From assembly GCA_001661245.1 (NCBI GenBank), contig KV454015.1:856924-920923 (forward strand): DNA of 64,000 bases, written 5' to 3'. Shown in pieces: positions 23,863-34,703 of the stretch; position 1 is the stretch's first letter; the number at the start of each line of letters is the position of its first letter. Source of the DNA: Pachysolen tannophilus NRRL Y-2460. Lineage: Eukaryota. The position numbers were made by a program, and so were the translations under genes. The notes beneath the pieces were generated by a model that saw only the letters and a list, made by a program, of their open reading frames with translations, was not told the DNA's origin and did no database searches.

Positions 23863-25290
23863 TTATATATTATGTATTCCTCTGATACCTCCTTTCCAAA
23901 GATGAAATTCAACTTTTTTACCATTGTCACCTACTAGATGCCTTTTTAATTCCCAGTTTTTACTTAAATCAATTTCCTCACTCGAACCTATTTGTTCAGC
24001 TGTCGTAGCACCATTTCCATTACCGGCTTCCTCAAACAAAGGATGCCAAATAGGTTTTTGAAATTTCTTCAAAAATATTCTTTGATCTATTTGATTTGTC
24101 CACATTAAACCCAAAGAGGGAATCTTTGATTCAATATTTGGACCTTTATTGTTAAATTTTGCCTGTAGTAAATTATCCTGTGATATTGTTACATTTGAAA
24201 TTTCTGTAGTAAACGATGATGATATAGGTTCAAAATTTTTATTATCATTTTTAATATTTCTTTCATCAGATTCTTTGCCATTGTAAAGTTGTCGATACAC
24301 TATGCTTTTATTTTCCCATGCACTTAGCCATCCTAATTGATAATCAAATGATAGTCTGTCATCATTATAAATCTTAGTTAATGGTTTATCGCTAACTTGA
24401 TTCGCTACAACCACAGCTAATTCCTCATCATTTGCTAATTTTTTTAAAAATTTGGTTAATTTATAAATATACAGTTTTCTTTTTTTAAAATTTTGGAAAA
24501 AAAAATGATCTCCTTTTGAAACCCTTTCATGTTCATCAATTTCTACCCTGATATGATGAGCAATACTATCAATTATAACCAATTTAATTTTTTTTTGTTG
24601 TAATTTTATTAAATTAGGTAATTGAACAAATAAAATATGATCTTGCGTTTCCAAATCGTTACATGTTATTTGGAAAATATTGTTGAAATCACACCAATAT
24701 TTCTTATTTATACCATTTGTAGCCATTAATTGGTTGAAATTTTTACAAATATCATGTAGTCTTCTAGTTTCCAAATTACCTTCAGTCGATATAAATACAA
24801 CTTTCCCTGGAGAATATTTTGAAATTAATGGAGGAGTCGTTTGGGACAATAACAGCTTTTCATCATCACTGATTCTATAACCTAATCCACCCAACTCTCT
24901 GGGAAGTTGAACAGTTATCAGTAATTGCATTAACAAATGTGATTTTCCTGTAGCAGAGGAACCAACAATTTCAGTCAATTTCCCTAAGCATATTCCCCCA
25001 TTTAAAGCTTTGTCAATAAGATCATCTCCAGTTGTAAACTTTGCAAAAACCTCATTATTCGGATCAACTCCATGCTGAATTTTTATCTTACTATTTATCT
25101 GTGAACGAAGAATAGCTAGAAATTTAGAAATCTCTACTGATGATCTTCCACATAATTTGGCTATTTTTAAATGTGATAAAGTTAATAATTCCGTCGTAGT
25201 TATTGAATGTTTTGTTAATGCATTTAGCAAAGAAGAATAATTTTCATCAAATATTAATGATGAATCAGGACATTGCTTATACAAGTCCAT
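23863..25290 (-). CDS. RAD57: Rad51 paralogue Rad57
   Basis: MDLY start, FTTGD, GSSATGKSHLLMQL Walker A, LVIIDSIAHH and VVVANQV. Confidence 0.9.
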   Translation of the reverse strand: MDLYKQCPDSSLIFDENYSSLLNALTKHSITTTELLTLSHLKIAKLCGRSSVEISKFLAILRSQINSKIKIQHGVDPNNEVFAKFTTGDDLIDKALNGGICLGKLTEIVGSSATGKSHLLMQLLITVQLPRELGGLGYRISDDEKLLLSQTTPPLISKYSPGKVVFISTEGNLETRRLHDICKNFNQLMATNGINKKYWCDFNNIFQITCNDLETQDHILFVQLPNLIKLQQKKIKLVIIDSIAHHIRVEIDEHERVSKGDHFFFQNFKKRKLYIYKLTKFLKKLANDEELAVVVANQVSDKPLTKIYNDDRLSFDYQLGWLSAWENKSIVYRQLYNGKESDERNIKNDNKNFEPISSSFTTEISNVTISQDNLLQAKFNNKGPNIESKIPSLGLMWTNQIDQRIFLKKFQKPIWHPLFEEAGNGNGATTAEQIGSSEEIDLSKNWELKRHLVGDNGKKVEFHLWKGGIRGIHNI

Positions 25291-25473
25291 ACTTTCACAA
25301 ATATGTCATAGAATATTAGAATATTAAAAAATTTATTAGTTTATATATTATATAGAATCTATAATCTAGTTAATTAATTGTAAATATATATGTATATATA
25401 TGTTTTTTCTTTTTTTTTTTTTCAACCGCGTCAGTTTGAAAAATACCTTTAGTTAAAATACAAATTATACAAT

Positions 25474-26949
25474 CTAGTTTTCAAGAGATAAATTACCGAT
25501 GGTGACAGTTTTGACCACGGTATAATCTAAGATTCCATATAAGGAACCTTCTCTTCCATATCCTGACTCTTTTACACCACCAAAGGGGATTGCAGCATCT
25601 GTGAAAATACCCGTGTTACAACTTACCATACCGCACTCTAAAGCTTCACTAACCAAATGAACAGTATTAACATTTTCTGAAAAGACATAACTTGCTAATC
25701 CATAGTCTACATCATTTGCCATATCGATGACCTCTTGGCAGGTTTCAAATTTAATCAATGCGCCTAAAGGACCAAAAGTTTCTTCGGAACAAACGCGCAT
25801 ATCATTTGTAATATTAGTTAAGACAGTTGGAGAATAAAAATTAGGTCCAAGTTCAGGTATACGACCACCTGGAACTATTACTTTAGCACCTTTACTAATA
25901 GCGTCTTTGACATGGGATTCTACTTTTTCAATAGCCTTTTCATTAATCAATGGACCATGAGTTGTCAGTTTATCAAAACCATTCCCAATTTTAAACTTGA
26001 GAACAGCATTGGCAAATTTTTGTGCAAATTCATCATAAATACCACTCTGGACATAAATTCGATTAGCACAAACACATGTTTGACCTAACCCACGAAACTT
26101 GGTGGCGATTGCTTGTGCTACAGCTTGATCCAATCTGGCATCATTGAAAACAATCACTGGAGCATTACCACCTAGTTCAAATGAACATTTTTTCAAGCTT
26201 GAGGAAGATTGCTCCATCAAGATTTTACCAACATTTGTAGAACCGGTAAATGAGATTTTCTTGGATTTTTTATTTTTACATAATTTTAATCCAAATTCTG
26301 GTACTTTAGTTGCACTCAACACAACGTTAAATACACCTTTTGGAATACCTGCCTTTTCAGCCAAGAATGCAAGGGCTAAACATGATAAAGGAGTTTGAGC
26401 ATCTGGTTTCACCACAACGGTACATCCAGCAGCGATAGCAGCTCCAGCCTTTCTTGTAATCATTGCAATTGGGAAATTCCATGGAGTAATGATAGAAACT
26501 ACACCAACAGGCTCCAACGACGTATATGCCCTGTTTTTAGGATTTGAAGGCTGAATAGTGTGACCATACATTCTTGGAGCTTCTTCTGCATACCATTCAA
26601 AATATGAAGCTGCATACTTGGTCTCTCCAGTGGCTTCCAGTATTGGTTTCCCATTCTCCCAAGTGACAATCTTTGCCAAATCATCTGTATGTTCAGTCAT
26701 TAAATCAAACCATTTTCTTAATAATCTAGACCTTACTCTTGGTGATGTTTTCTTGAATTCTTTAAAAGCATCATATGCAGCATCAATTGTAGTATCAACA
26801 ACTTCAGGATCTTGGTCAGGCAAAGTCGCTATCTTTTCCTGAGTAGCAGGATCATAGACATCAAATGTCCTTTGAGAACCTACCCATTCACCGTTGATAT
26901 ACGATTTATCACGAACTAATTCTGGAAAATTTAAATCTAAAGTATTCAT
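25474..26949 (-). CDS. UGA2: Succinate-semialdehyde dehydrogenase (NAD(P)+)
   Basis: ITPWNFP, SFTGST, FELGGNAP, GQTCVCANR, EETFGP and GGVKESGYGREG motifs. Confidence 0.9.
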   Translation of the reverse strand: MNTLDLNFPELVRDKSYINGEWVGSQRTFDVYDPATQEKIATLPDQDPEVVDTTIDAAYDAFKEFKKTSPRVRSRLLRKWFDLMTEHTDDLAKIVTWENGKPILEATGETKYAASYFEWYAEEAPRMYGHTIQPSNPKNRAYTSLEPVGVVSIITPWNFPIAMITRKAGAAIAAGCTVVVKPDAQTPLSCLALAFLAEKAGIPKGVFNVVLSATKVPEFGLKLCKNKKSKKISFTGSTNVGKILMEQSSSSLKKCSFELGGNAPVIVFNDARLDQAVAQAIATKFRGLGQTCVCANRIYVQSGIYDEFAQKFANAVLKFKIGNGFDKLTTHGPLINEKAIEKVESHVKDAISKGAKVIVPGGRIPELGPNFYSPTVLTNITNDMRVCSEETFGPLGALIKFETCQEVIDMANDVDYGLASYVFSENVNTVHLVSEALECGMVSCNTGIFTDAAIPFGGVKESGYGREGSLYGILDYTVVKTVTIGNLSLEN

Positions 26950-27367
26950 TTCTTTTTTTGCATATAGTGAGTAAACTTTGAAGTTGAAAAATTATTTAAA
27001 GTTTGGGTATTATTCATTTATAAAGAGTGAATAAATAGTACTATGTATTGTTACGCTTTATTGTTCCTAACTTTAATTGAGCGGCTACTTCTTATTTAGT
27101 TTCCCGCCTTAAAAAATTAGCGTCCCGCTAAGATTGACTGGGCTTCTACCCCAACATTCGCGATGGCGGAAAGTTTTAGTTGTGGACATAATTAGATAAG
27201 CTAGCGAACGATAATAAATAATACTTTGCATATATATGGGGGGTTTTTTTTTTCAGCAGCAGCAGTTACTTAGGATCGACAATTTCTCATTTTTCAATTG
27301 AATTCTTGATGGAAAGTAATACTTTCTTTATGGTAAAACTTCAAATGGAATTTGAAGCAAATTAAAG

Positions 27368-28777
27368 ATGTCACCTTTCAGCATTTTTTTCTACTTAATT
27401 TTCTACCTAATCACTGTTTGTTTAGGTAGTGGCAGTGGAAATCAAGCAATTATAGAAGAATTATTTATCCAAGAGGAAATATTTGAAATTCCTGAGTCTT
27501 ACATTGATTCTATTTATGGAGAGTTGATTAATTCTGTTGAAACGAGACAACTAAAGCTGAGAAAATTGAAGAATGGTGAACTTTTAGCACCAATTCCAAT
27601 CTTAAAGGAAAAGGTTTCAGGTAAATCATTTTTCAATGATTATAGAGGGCTTAATGAATACCCTGCTCAATTTTATGAACTATCTTCAGAAAACTTGAAA
27701 TTAAATAAAATTCAACTACCACAAGATGATGATGTCAGTGACATAAATGGGAACTATCCACTTTTTGGGGGTATTGTATCTTTTGGCCATTTTCCTACAA
27801 TGAGTTGTTTTGATCCAAAAAGTTTACAAAATGAAAGAATTGACATAGCAATAGTGGGTGCACCTTTTGACACGGGAGTATCATATCGTCCTGGTGCTAG
27901 ATTTGGACCCAATGGTATTCGTCAAGGATCAATGAGACTAGGTGTTGGTTTATCACCTGTTCGTGGTAAGAGAGGCTCAAAATTAAGTTCTGTGGATCCA
28001 TACAATAGCGGATTACAAATTGTAGATTGCGGCGATGTGCCCATGACCCCATTTGATAACAGGTTTGCTTTAAACCAACTTTACAGAGCTCAAAGGATTA
28101 TTCATAAACATGACTCATTGAATTCCACTTTTTACGAAAAACCAAGAATTATAACTTTGGGAGGTGATCATACAGTAACTTTAATGAACTTGAGATCTGC
28201 ATATGAGGCATTCAGTAAGAAACCAATTTCAGCACTTCATTTTGACTCTCACATAGACACTTGGGACCCAAAAATTTTGGGAGGTGGTATTAGTAACTAT
28301 GCTGGTTTGAATCATGGTACTTTTCTACATTATGCAGCTGAAGCGGGATATATTAATAAGGATTCTTCCATGCACATTGGTATTAGAGCCCCATATATTG
28401 ATCCATCAGATGCTCAACATGATGAAGATTGCGGATTCAGATTAATTACTTCTACCGACATTGATGAAATAGGTGTCGGGGGTATTTCCAAAAAGATAAT
28501 GGATTTAGTTGGTACCGAAAATCCGGTATACATCTCGTTAGATATCGATGTCTTGGACCCTGCGTATGCCCCAGGAACAGGTACTGCTGAAATAGGAGGG
28601 TTTACCACAAGGGAGTTAATTGGTATTTTGAATGGTTTAGAAGGAATTAATTTGATAGGTGCAGATGTTGTGGAAGTCAGTCCACCCTTTGACACTAATT
28701 CAGGTTTAACTTCTTTGGCCGCTGCTGGGGTTATTGATTCCTTTTTGGGCCTAATGGTATTAAAAGATAAAGAATAA
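27368..28777 (+). CDS. Ureohydrolase (agmatinase/guanidinobutyrase family) with N-terminal signal peptide
   Basis: GAPFDTGVSYRPGARFGP, GGDHT, HFDSHIDTW and DIDVLDPAYAPGTGT metal-binding motifs; hydrophobic first 20 aa. Confidence 0.88.
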   Translation: MSPFSIFFYLIFYLITVCLGSGSGNQAIIEELFIQEEIFEIPESYIDSIYGELINSVETRQLKLRKLKNGELLAPIPILKEKVSGKSFFNDYRGLNEYPAQFYELSSENLKLNKIQLPQDDDVSDINGNYPLFGGIVSFGHFPTMSCFDPKSLQNERIDIAIVGAPFDTGVSYRPGARFGPNGIRQGSMRLGVGLSPVRGKRGSKLSSVDPYNSGLQIVDCGDVPMTPFDNRFALNQLYRAQRIIHKHDSLNSTFYEKPRIITLGGDHTVTLMNLRSAYEAFSKKPISALHFDSHIDTWDPKILGGGISNYAGLNHGTFLHYAAEAGYINKDSSMHIGIRAPYIDPSDAQHDEDCGFRLITSTDIDEIGVGGISKKIMDLVGTENPVYISLDIDVLDPAYAPGTGTAEIGGFTTRELIGILNGLEGINLIGADVVEVSPPFDTNSGLTSLAAAGVIDSFLGLMVLKDKE

Positions 28778-28915
28778 ATCTCAAAATACTTAAAATTTAT
28801 TTTTTTATAACCCCCTTTGTGCAAGTACATCAAAAAATTAAATCAAACAAATCAAAGAGGTCATTAATACAATATAATTTTTATATTAATAGGTTAAAGG
28901 TTTCGAACAAAGAGA

Positions 28916-29822
28916 ATGACTACTTATTTAACGATACTCAGCACAAATAATTTCAGGCCAACTGTTATTTGCAGTGATATGATAATTTCAACAACTTTTC
29001 TTTATCCCATTGCAGTATGTATTTACAGTTACACAGCGGCGGTTAACATGAATTGAATTTGTCTCGGTACTAATAAAGTTATAATGTCTTTTGATCTGTT
29101 AGGGAATTTTCCATTTAATGTTCCATGTGAAAATATGGCCGTTTGTATTTAGTATCATTTTATCACATTTATTGGTATTATTTGTGATCTTCGTGTTCCT
29201 ATTTATGGCACTATATCCCATTCAAAGTTTTGTATTTTTTTTTGTACAAGGTCCAACTTCTTTGTATACATCGTTGCTCTTAGTTTTGCAAGAATCAACT
29301 TCGATAACCAATAGCTTAAGTGAATTATTTTTATTTCCAACCCCTTCGAAGAAATTGTTCGATATGATTTTATTTTCTCAAGGTTATTCAAGATTCCTTA
29401 TTCAGGGAAAATTGAACAATTATGACAAAGTTGGCATCGTACTCAAGATTAAAAATGCATTATTCATAATTCCAAGAAAAATTATTTATCCCACTTGGAT
29501 TATCCCAATTTTGGTTGTATTTCTATTGAACATGATCCCTTTAATTGGTCCTATTTTGGTTATAGTGGTTCGAGCTTCTACTATAGGACCCAAATACCAT
29601 CAGCGTTACTTTACCTTAAAATATCATAGAGATGAACGTCAAAAGAAAAAAATGGAGCATATCCAGTTCAGAAGGGGACAGTACATAGGTTATGGTATTG
29701 TTGCAGCTAGCTTGGAGGCTTTACCTATTTTAGGATTTTTCTTTAAGTTTACTAATTTTATCGGAGCAAGTTTGTGGTGTTGCGATATGTTGAAACATGA
29801 AAAAGAAGCAAAAAGCACGTAG
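28916..29822 (+). CDS. EI24-domain membrane protein (RRT8/LDS-like spore-wall family), 2 exons (~272 aa)
   Basis: Exon 1 28916-29014; intron 29015-29102 (GTATGT...TACTAAT...TAG) restores FLYPIAGIFHL. LNMIPLIGP, HQRYFTLK and FTNFIGASLW are family-like motifs. Confidence 0.7.
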
Positions 29823-30067
29823 TTAGATAATAGCAAAATAAAGGGAAATATTTATCAGCAAATTCCAAAATTGTATTAAGCATAAAATATCTGTGTAAGA
29901 AAGTTAAATTTAAAACAAAAGTAAAAAAAAAGATCGTAAGAAACAAAACACAAATGAGGCTCTTCATCCGAAATTATTCAAAATATCCCAAAAACCAAAT
30001 GAATGGTTTCATATAAAAATACAACATACATTTACATATATAACAATTCATAAGTATATATGGCAAT

Positions 30068-32106
30068 TCAAGAATAATGTTCTTTTAAAAACTTTCTTCT
30101 AAATTTGATGGTTTTAAGTCCATGAAGTTTTACCAACAGTTTAACTTTATTTGGCTGACTATGGAAATTTTGTAGTATTTCATCATCTTCATCAGAAAAA
30201 ATTCCAACTATTCCTTTTGGTGGGTTTAATCCTGTTTTCAAATAAATCTTTACGTATTCTGTAAATTTTGATAAATCACCAGAAACGCGAAACAAAACCG
30301 TCTCACTGAAATCTGTGGAAATACCTAGTTCTTTTTCAAATAGCTGGCAAATTTCAGATCCATTATCAGTAGTACTTGAGTCGATTAGACTAGAAAGTCT
30401 ACTGATGAACAGTTTTGGACCAGAAGATGACAATATTTCTGATGAAATAAATTTATCTTCTTTCACTTTCTCAGATTCCTGCCAATCACTATCATCAGAT
30501 ACATCAGGGACCTCTTCCTCTCCTTCAACAATCAGTTGTTGTTCTTGAAGCTTTTCAGACTGATTTTTACTATCATTAACATCATTTTCAGTTTCCTTGT
30601 CTAATTTACTATCTAAATCATTAGTTTCCAGTCTCTTATGTCCCACTTTACTAGGTGAAACATCAGTTGCCCGATCGTCATTACTATTAGCTGGATTAGA
30701 GGTTTTCAAAACTTTAGATGCACTTTGTAAACCATCCAACGTAGCTCTACGCTTCGCTGATGATTCAGGAATAGGCGACGCTCTTGCCGATTGGAAAACA
30801 TCATCACCGGGATGTTCATGACGGCGGTCTTTTCTAGTTTCTTTTAATAAAACATTCACGGCAACTGGTTCAATATCAGCCTCTTCGCATTTTTCGTAAT
30901 AATTCAAATACTTTTGGATACCGTAAACTGATATAAATTTTCTATACCTATCTCTCCAAGATAATTTTGAATGATCAGGATAAGTACCAGCCAAGTTATC
31001 AAAGAATTTACTAGTAGTCCATGTAACAATTTCTTTCCCTTCTTTATTGGTAGTTATCATTGCACTTTCTGTTATTTTCTTCGCCAATATATAATCATCA
31101 TCTGCGGTAAAAGGAGTTGACCTATTTATTGTCAAGGCAAGATCGCTAGTCTTGATCAATTCATTATTACTATCTTTGATTAAATTATTGTTTGAATCAA
31201 CTTGATAAACATATTTCAATCTTGGTTCTAAATATTGTTTAAACCTTGAACGTATAGATACTGCAGTTCTATTTTTAAGATTTTTGCTAATATCGTTATA
31301 AAGAGTATAACCTTTCCTATTTCTAGGATGCTTTCTAACTTCTTCCAAGATATATTCATCTTCTTCTTCTGTAAAAGCATTCTTTCTCAGAAGATTCTCT
31401 TGCAGCTGTCTACCCAGCTGGCTACTTGAGATAGGAGTACCTTCACCTATCGTTCCCGCTGCAGAATCAGAAGCAGAATTAGAAACAGCAGCAGCAGTAG
31501 CAGCAGTAGCAGTAGCAGTAGCTGCTGCTGCAGATCTGGCTTTAGCATTAGGAGCTTCTTTTGATTTAACTGGAGTTGTAATCTCGTGTTTTGATCCCAG
31601 CTCTTTGGATGGGGAAACAGAAACTACCTTTGGCTCCTTAGTAGGGTTCACTAATTTGAAATAGTTTAAATTCAACGTGGTTCTTTCTCTTATACATTCA
31701 AAAACATAAATAGGATTAAAATAACGCGAAGATGGAATGAACGGGTCATCATAATCCTCCGATGAAGTCAATACGATAATTGATGTTAAAATTTGTGGAT
31801 TTTCCTTAATATCTTCGGGTAATAACCTATTAATCACCCTTCCACCTTCTTCTTGGATCAACTTTGTCAATTTAATCAATTCTGGCTCATCCTCTGGAAT
31901 TAAAAACACATATGGTTCATTAAGTGCATTTGTAAATAATTCATGGTCACTATGACAAATTTAGTAGTGAGTATTTGAGTTGATAAGAAAAAAAAAAAAA
32001 AAAAAAAACAAACATTACAATATAATAACAATACTTACTAGTTAGCAGAACTATTCTTATGAGGTGACTCTTTATTTGAATCTGGTAAAGACACAAAGTC
32101 TGTCAT
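30068..32106 (-). CDS. RAP1: Repressor/activator protein Rap1 (BRCT, two Myb-like domains, RCT), 2 exons (~649 aa)
   Basis: KNAFTEEEDEYILEEVRKHP, FTADDDYILA and HSKLSWRDRYRKF, plus C-terminal GIFSDEDD...HG...RRKFL. Exon 1 32106-32039; intron 32038-31950 (GTAAGT...TAG) joins in frame. Confidence 0.92.
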
Positions 32107-32403
32107 TATCCAAGGCAATTATTCTTTTCTATTAACAATGAAGATAATGTCTTTTAAAAAAATAACAAATTATTAATTTTAATTATCTAATTAACATACA
32201 ATATTTATCTATCTAAGTGGTGTAGAATTTTTTTTGGGGGGGGGAAGGGGCCTGGTGTGATATTTAAAGGTTCACACCAAAAAAAATATTAAAAAAAAAA
32301 AAAATTTGAAAATGAAAACAAACTGGTAAAAACAGACTTCCTAAATAAGTAAGTGTGGCCTAATATTTATTGAGCAAATGCCAAATCCGGAATTTCGGAA
32401 AAA

Positions 32404-32590
32404 ACACCACATGCACCACCCACACCACGTGTATACCTCCGCACACCAGTCACACCAGTCACACCACATACACCACATACACCACAGCAAACCATACGTA
32501 CCACCTCACACCATGTGCACCACATACACCACATACACCACATACACCATTTCACACCATTTCACACCACTTCACACCACTTCACACCAA
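32404..32590 (+). repeat. Telomere-like degenerate tandem array of ACACCA units (9-bp then 10-bp period)
   Basis: 15 exact ACACCA plus degenerate GCACCA/ATACC/AAACCA/GTACCA units, including ACACCACAT runs and four copies of TTCACACCA(C/T/A). Confidence 0.9.
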
Positions 32591-32624
32591 TCACATAGAT
32601 TTATATGAATGAAAAGAAATTAGA

Positions 32625-34181
32625 TTAATCAAATTTAATTTTTTTAGCTTTAACATTCATATCAACGTTTTTGAAAAAAGCACCATAGGCACCATGTTCT
32701 TTCTTCTTAGTGTGTCCTCCGAATTTCATTAATTCGTCAGGTACCGGTTGATCACCAGACCTCAATACGTTCATTAAAGCTCCACTCAAATGTTTTTCAT
32801 GTTCTGTGAATAAAGTATGAGAAATACCTGTTTTACCTGCTCTTCCAGTTCTTCCAATTCTATGAACATAATCTTCTATTGTCAATGGGAAAGTTAAGTT
32901 AATAACTACTTTAACGTTTGGTATATCCAATCCTCTAGCAGCAACATCAGTTGCTAACAATAAGTTTGTTTTGCCATTTTTAAAATCATCCAAAGATTGA
33001 GTTCTTTGTTGTTGAGATAAATCTCCATGGATAGCAGCAACTTTAAAACCTTTATATTGTAAAGTTTTTTCAACTCTAGTAGCTTCTTTCTTATATAATG
33101 CAAAAATTAAAATTTTATCATTCAGATTTTTACCAGATTGATATTTATGTAATAAATTTATCAAGATTTTTTCCTTATTAAAAGGATCAACAACTTCAAC
33201 AATTTGGGTGATTCTCTTATTTGCAGATAATTCATCTCTATTACCTATTGAAATTCTTATTGGAGACTTCATAAAAGTTGAAGCTAATTCTCTAACTTCT
33301 TTTGGCCATGTTGCAGTAAACATTAAAGTTTGTCTATTAATTGAATTTGTCTTTGAAATGATTTTTTTAATATCTTCTTCAAAACCTTTTTCAAGCATTC
33401 TATCAGCCTCATCCAAAACTAAATAATTAATTTTACTCAAATTAATTGAACCTTCTTCCATTAAATCTAATAATCTACCTGGAGTTGCAATTACACAATT
33501 AGAAGTCTTGACTGATTTTCTTTGCTCATCTTTAGAAACACCTCCATAGATACAAGTACAACTTAAACCAGTAATATCAGTTAATATTTTCAAATTATCA
33601 TAGATTTGGGAAGCCAATTCTCTTGTTGGAGATATCACCAACACTTGTAAATCTTTCTTATTCCCAGTAGTCAAGATATGATTAATTGCAGGGACTCCAA
33701 ACGCAAACGTTTTCCCTGATCCAGTTTCAGCAACACCAACCACATCTTTCTTCTGTAATAAATACGGCCATGAAACAGACTGAATCGGTGTTGGTTTTGG
33801 AAATTCAGAAATTTTCAGTAAAATCTTAGAATCAATTTTCCCCTTTAAAATATCAAATGACAAGATAGGTTTTAAACCAAGATTTGATGCATCTTCAACT
33901 TTTACCTCGTTATCCTTCAAGAAAGCATCCGCATCCACTTGTGAAACTTCTTCCCCTGCATCAACATCAATCTCAATCTCGCTCTTTTTTTCTTCAACTT
34001 CCACCAGTCTATTTTCTTCACGTTCTTTCTTATGTTTCTTGTGTTTTTTATCTTTCTTCTCCTTCTTCTCCTTCTTCTCCTTTTTATGTAACTTATCTTT
34101 CTTCGACTTCTTCTTCAACGAAACCTCCTCTTCAACATCCTCACTCTTTCTCTTTCTGTCCTTCAACTTATCAGACCCCAT
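32625..34181 (-). CDS. DBP3: DEAD-box RNA helicase Dbp3 (pre-rRNA processing)
   Basis: KKE-rich N-terminus, [18 protein letters not shown] (TAT variant), HRIGRTGR and C-terminal GGHTKKKEH...KKIKFD. Confidence 0.95.
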   Translation of the reverse strand: MGSDKLKDRKRKSEDVEEEVSLKKKSKKDKLHKKEKKEKKEKKDKKHKKHKKEREENRLVEVEEKKSEIEIDVDAGEEVSQVDADAFLKDNEVKVEDASNLGLKPILSFDILKGKIDSKILLKISEFPKPTPIQSVSWPYLLQKKDVVGVAETGSGKTFAFGVPAINHILTTGNKKDLQVLVISPTRELASQIYDNLKILTDITGLSCTCIYGGVSKDEQRKSVKTSNCVIATPGRLLDLMEEGSINLSKINYLVLDEADRMLEKGFEEDIKKIISKTNSINRQTLMFTATWPKEVRELASTFMKSPIRISIGNRDELSANKRITQIVEVVDPFNKEKILINLLHKYQSGKNLNDKILIFALYKKEATRVEKTLQYKGFKVAAIHGDLSQQQRTQSLDDFKNGKTNLLLATDVAARGLDIPNVKVVINLTFPLTIEDYVHRIGRTGRAGKTGISHTLFTEHEKHLSGALMNVLRSGDQPVPDELMKFGGHTKKKEHGAYGAFFKNVDMNVKAKKIKFD

Positions 34182-34249
34182 TCTTCAATCAAAATTTTTC
34201 ACTTCCAAACTAAAAATCTATAAACAATAATACCAACTTCTTTATGGGA

Positions 34250-34298
34250 TGAAAAAATTTTTTTTTTTTTTTCTTTCTTTTTTTTTTATCAAGATGAG
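34250..34298. promoter_or_regulatory. RRPE + PAC elements of DBP3
   Basis: TGAAAAAATTTT at 34250 and GATGAG at 34293, upstream of a ribosome-biogenesis gene. Confidence 0.6.
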
Positions 34299-34703
34299 AT
34301 AATCTCTCGCTAAAAACTGAAAAAGGAAATAGCAAAACCATATTAGGAAACTAATTAATTGATAACCTAATTAGGAAGTCCAGCGATTTTCTTCTGGAAA
34401 AACTAAAAAAAAATTTGTAAGATGATGATAGATCAGCGGATAAAACTTGAAAAATAGGTGATGGGGATGATTAATAAGTAGATAAATAAATATATTATTG
34501 ATATCTTTTTTCTATTTTTTCTTGTTGTTTTCTTTTTTTTCTCAAGTTGATCAGATAAAAGAGGATAGTGAGGTTTATTAGTTGTTTGATTGAGATAATT
34601 TTGGAAAATTATAGAGTTCTTATCTTAGAGTTTGCGGAAGGCAATCATTGGTATTAAACCCGTATAAAAAGAGGTAAAAAACATCAGATCTTTTCTTTTA
34701 TAC

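Noticed and set aside
32404..32590. CRISPR-like array or true chromosome end
   Set aside because: There are no unique spacers, the context is eukaryotic, and the array lies between two intact genes.
32367..32612. Three overlapping His/Thr- or Cys/Val-rich ORFs
   Set aside because: They arise from the stop-free ACACCA repeat being open in several frames and show no protein features.
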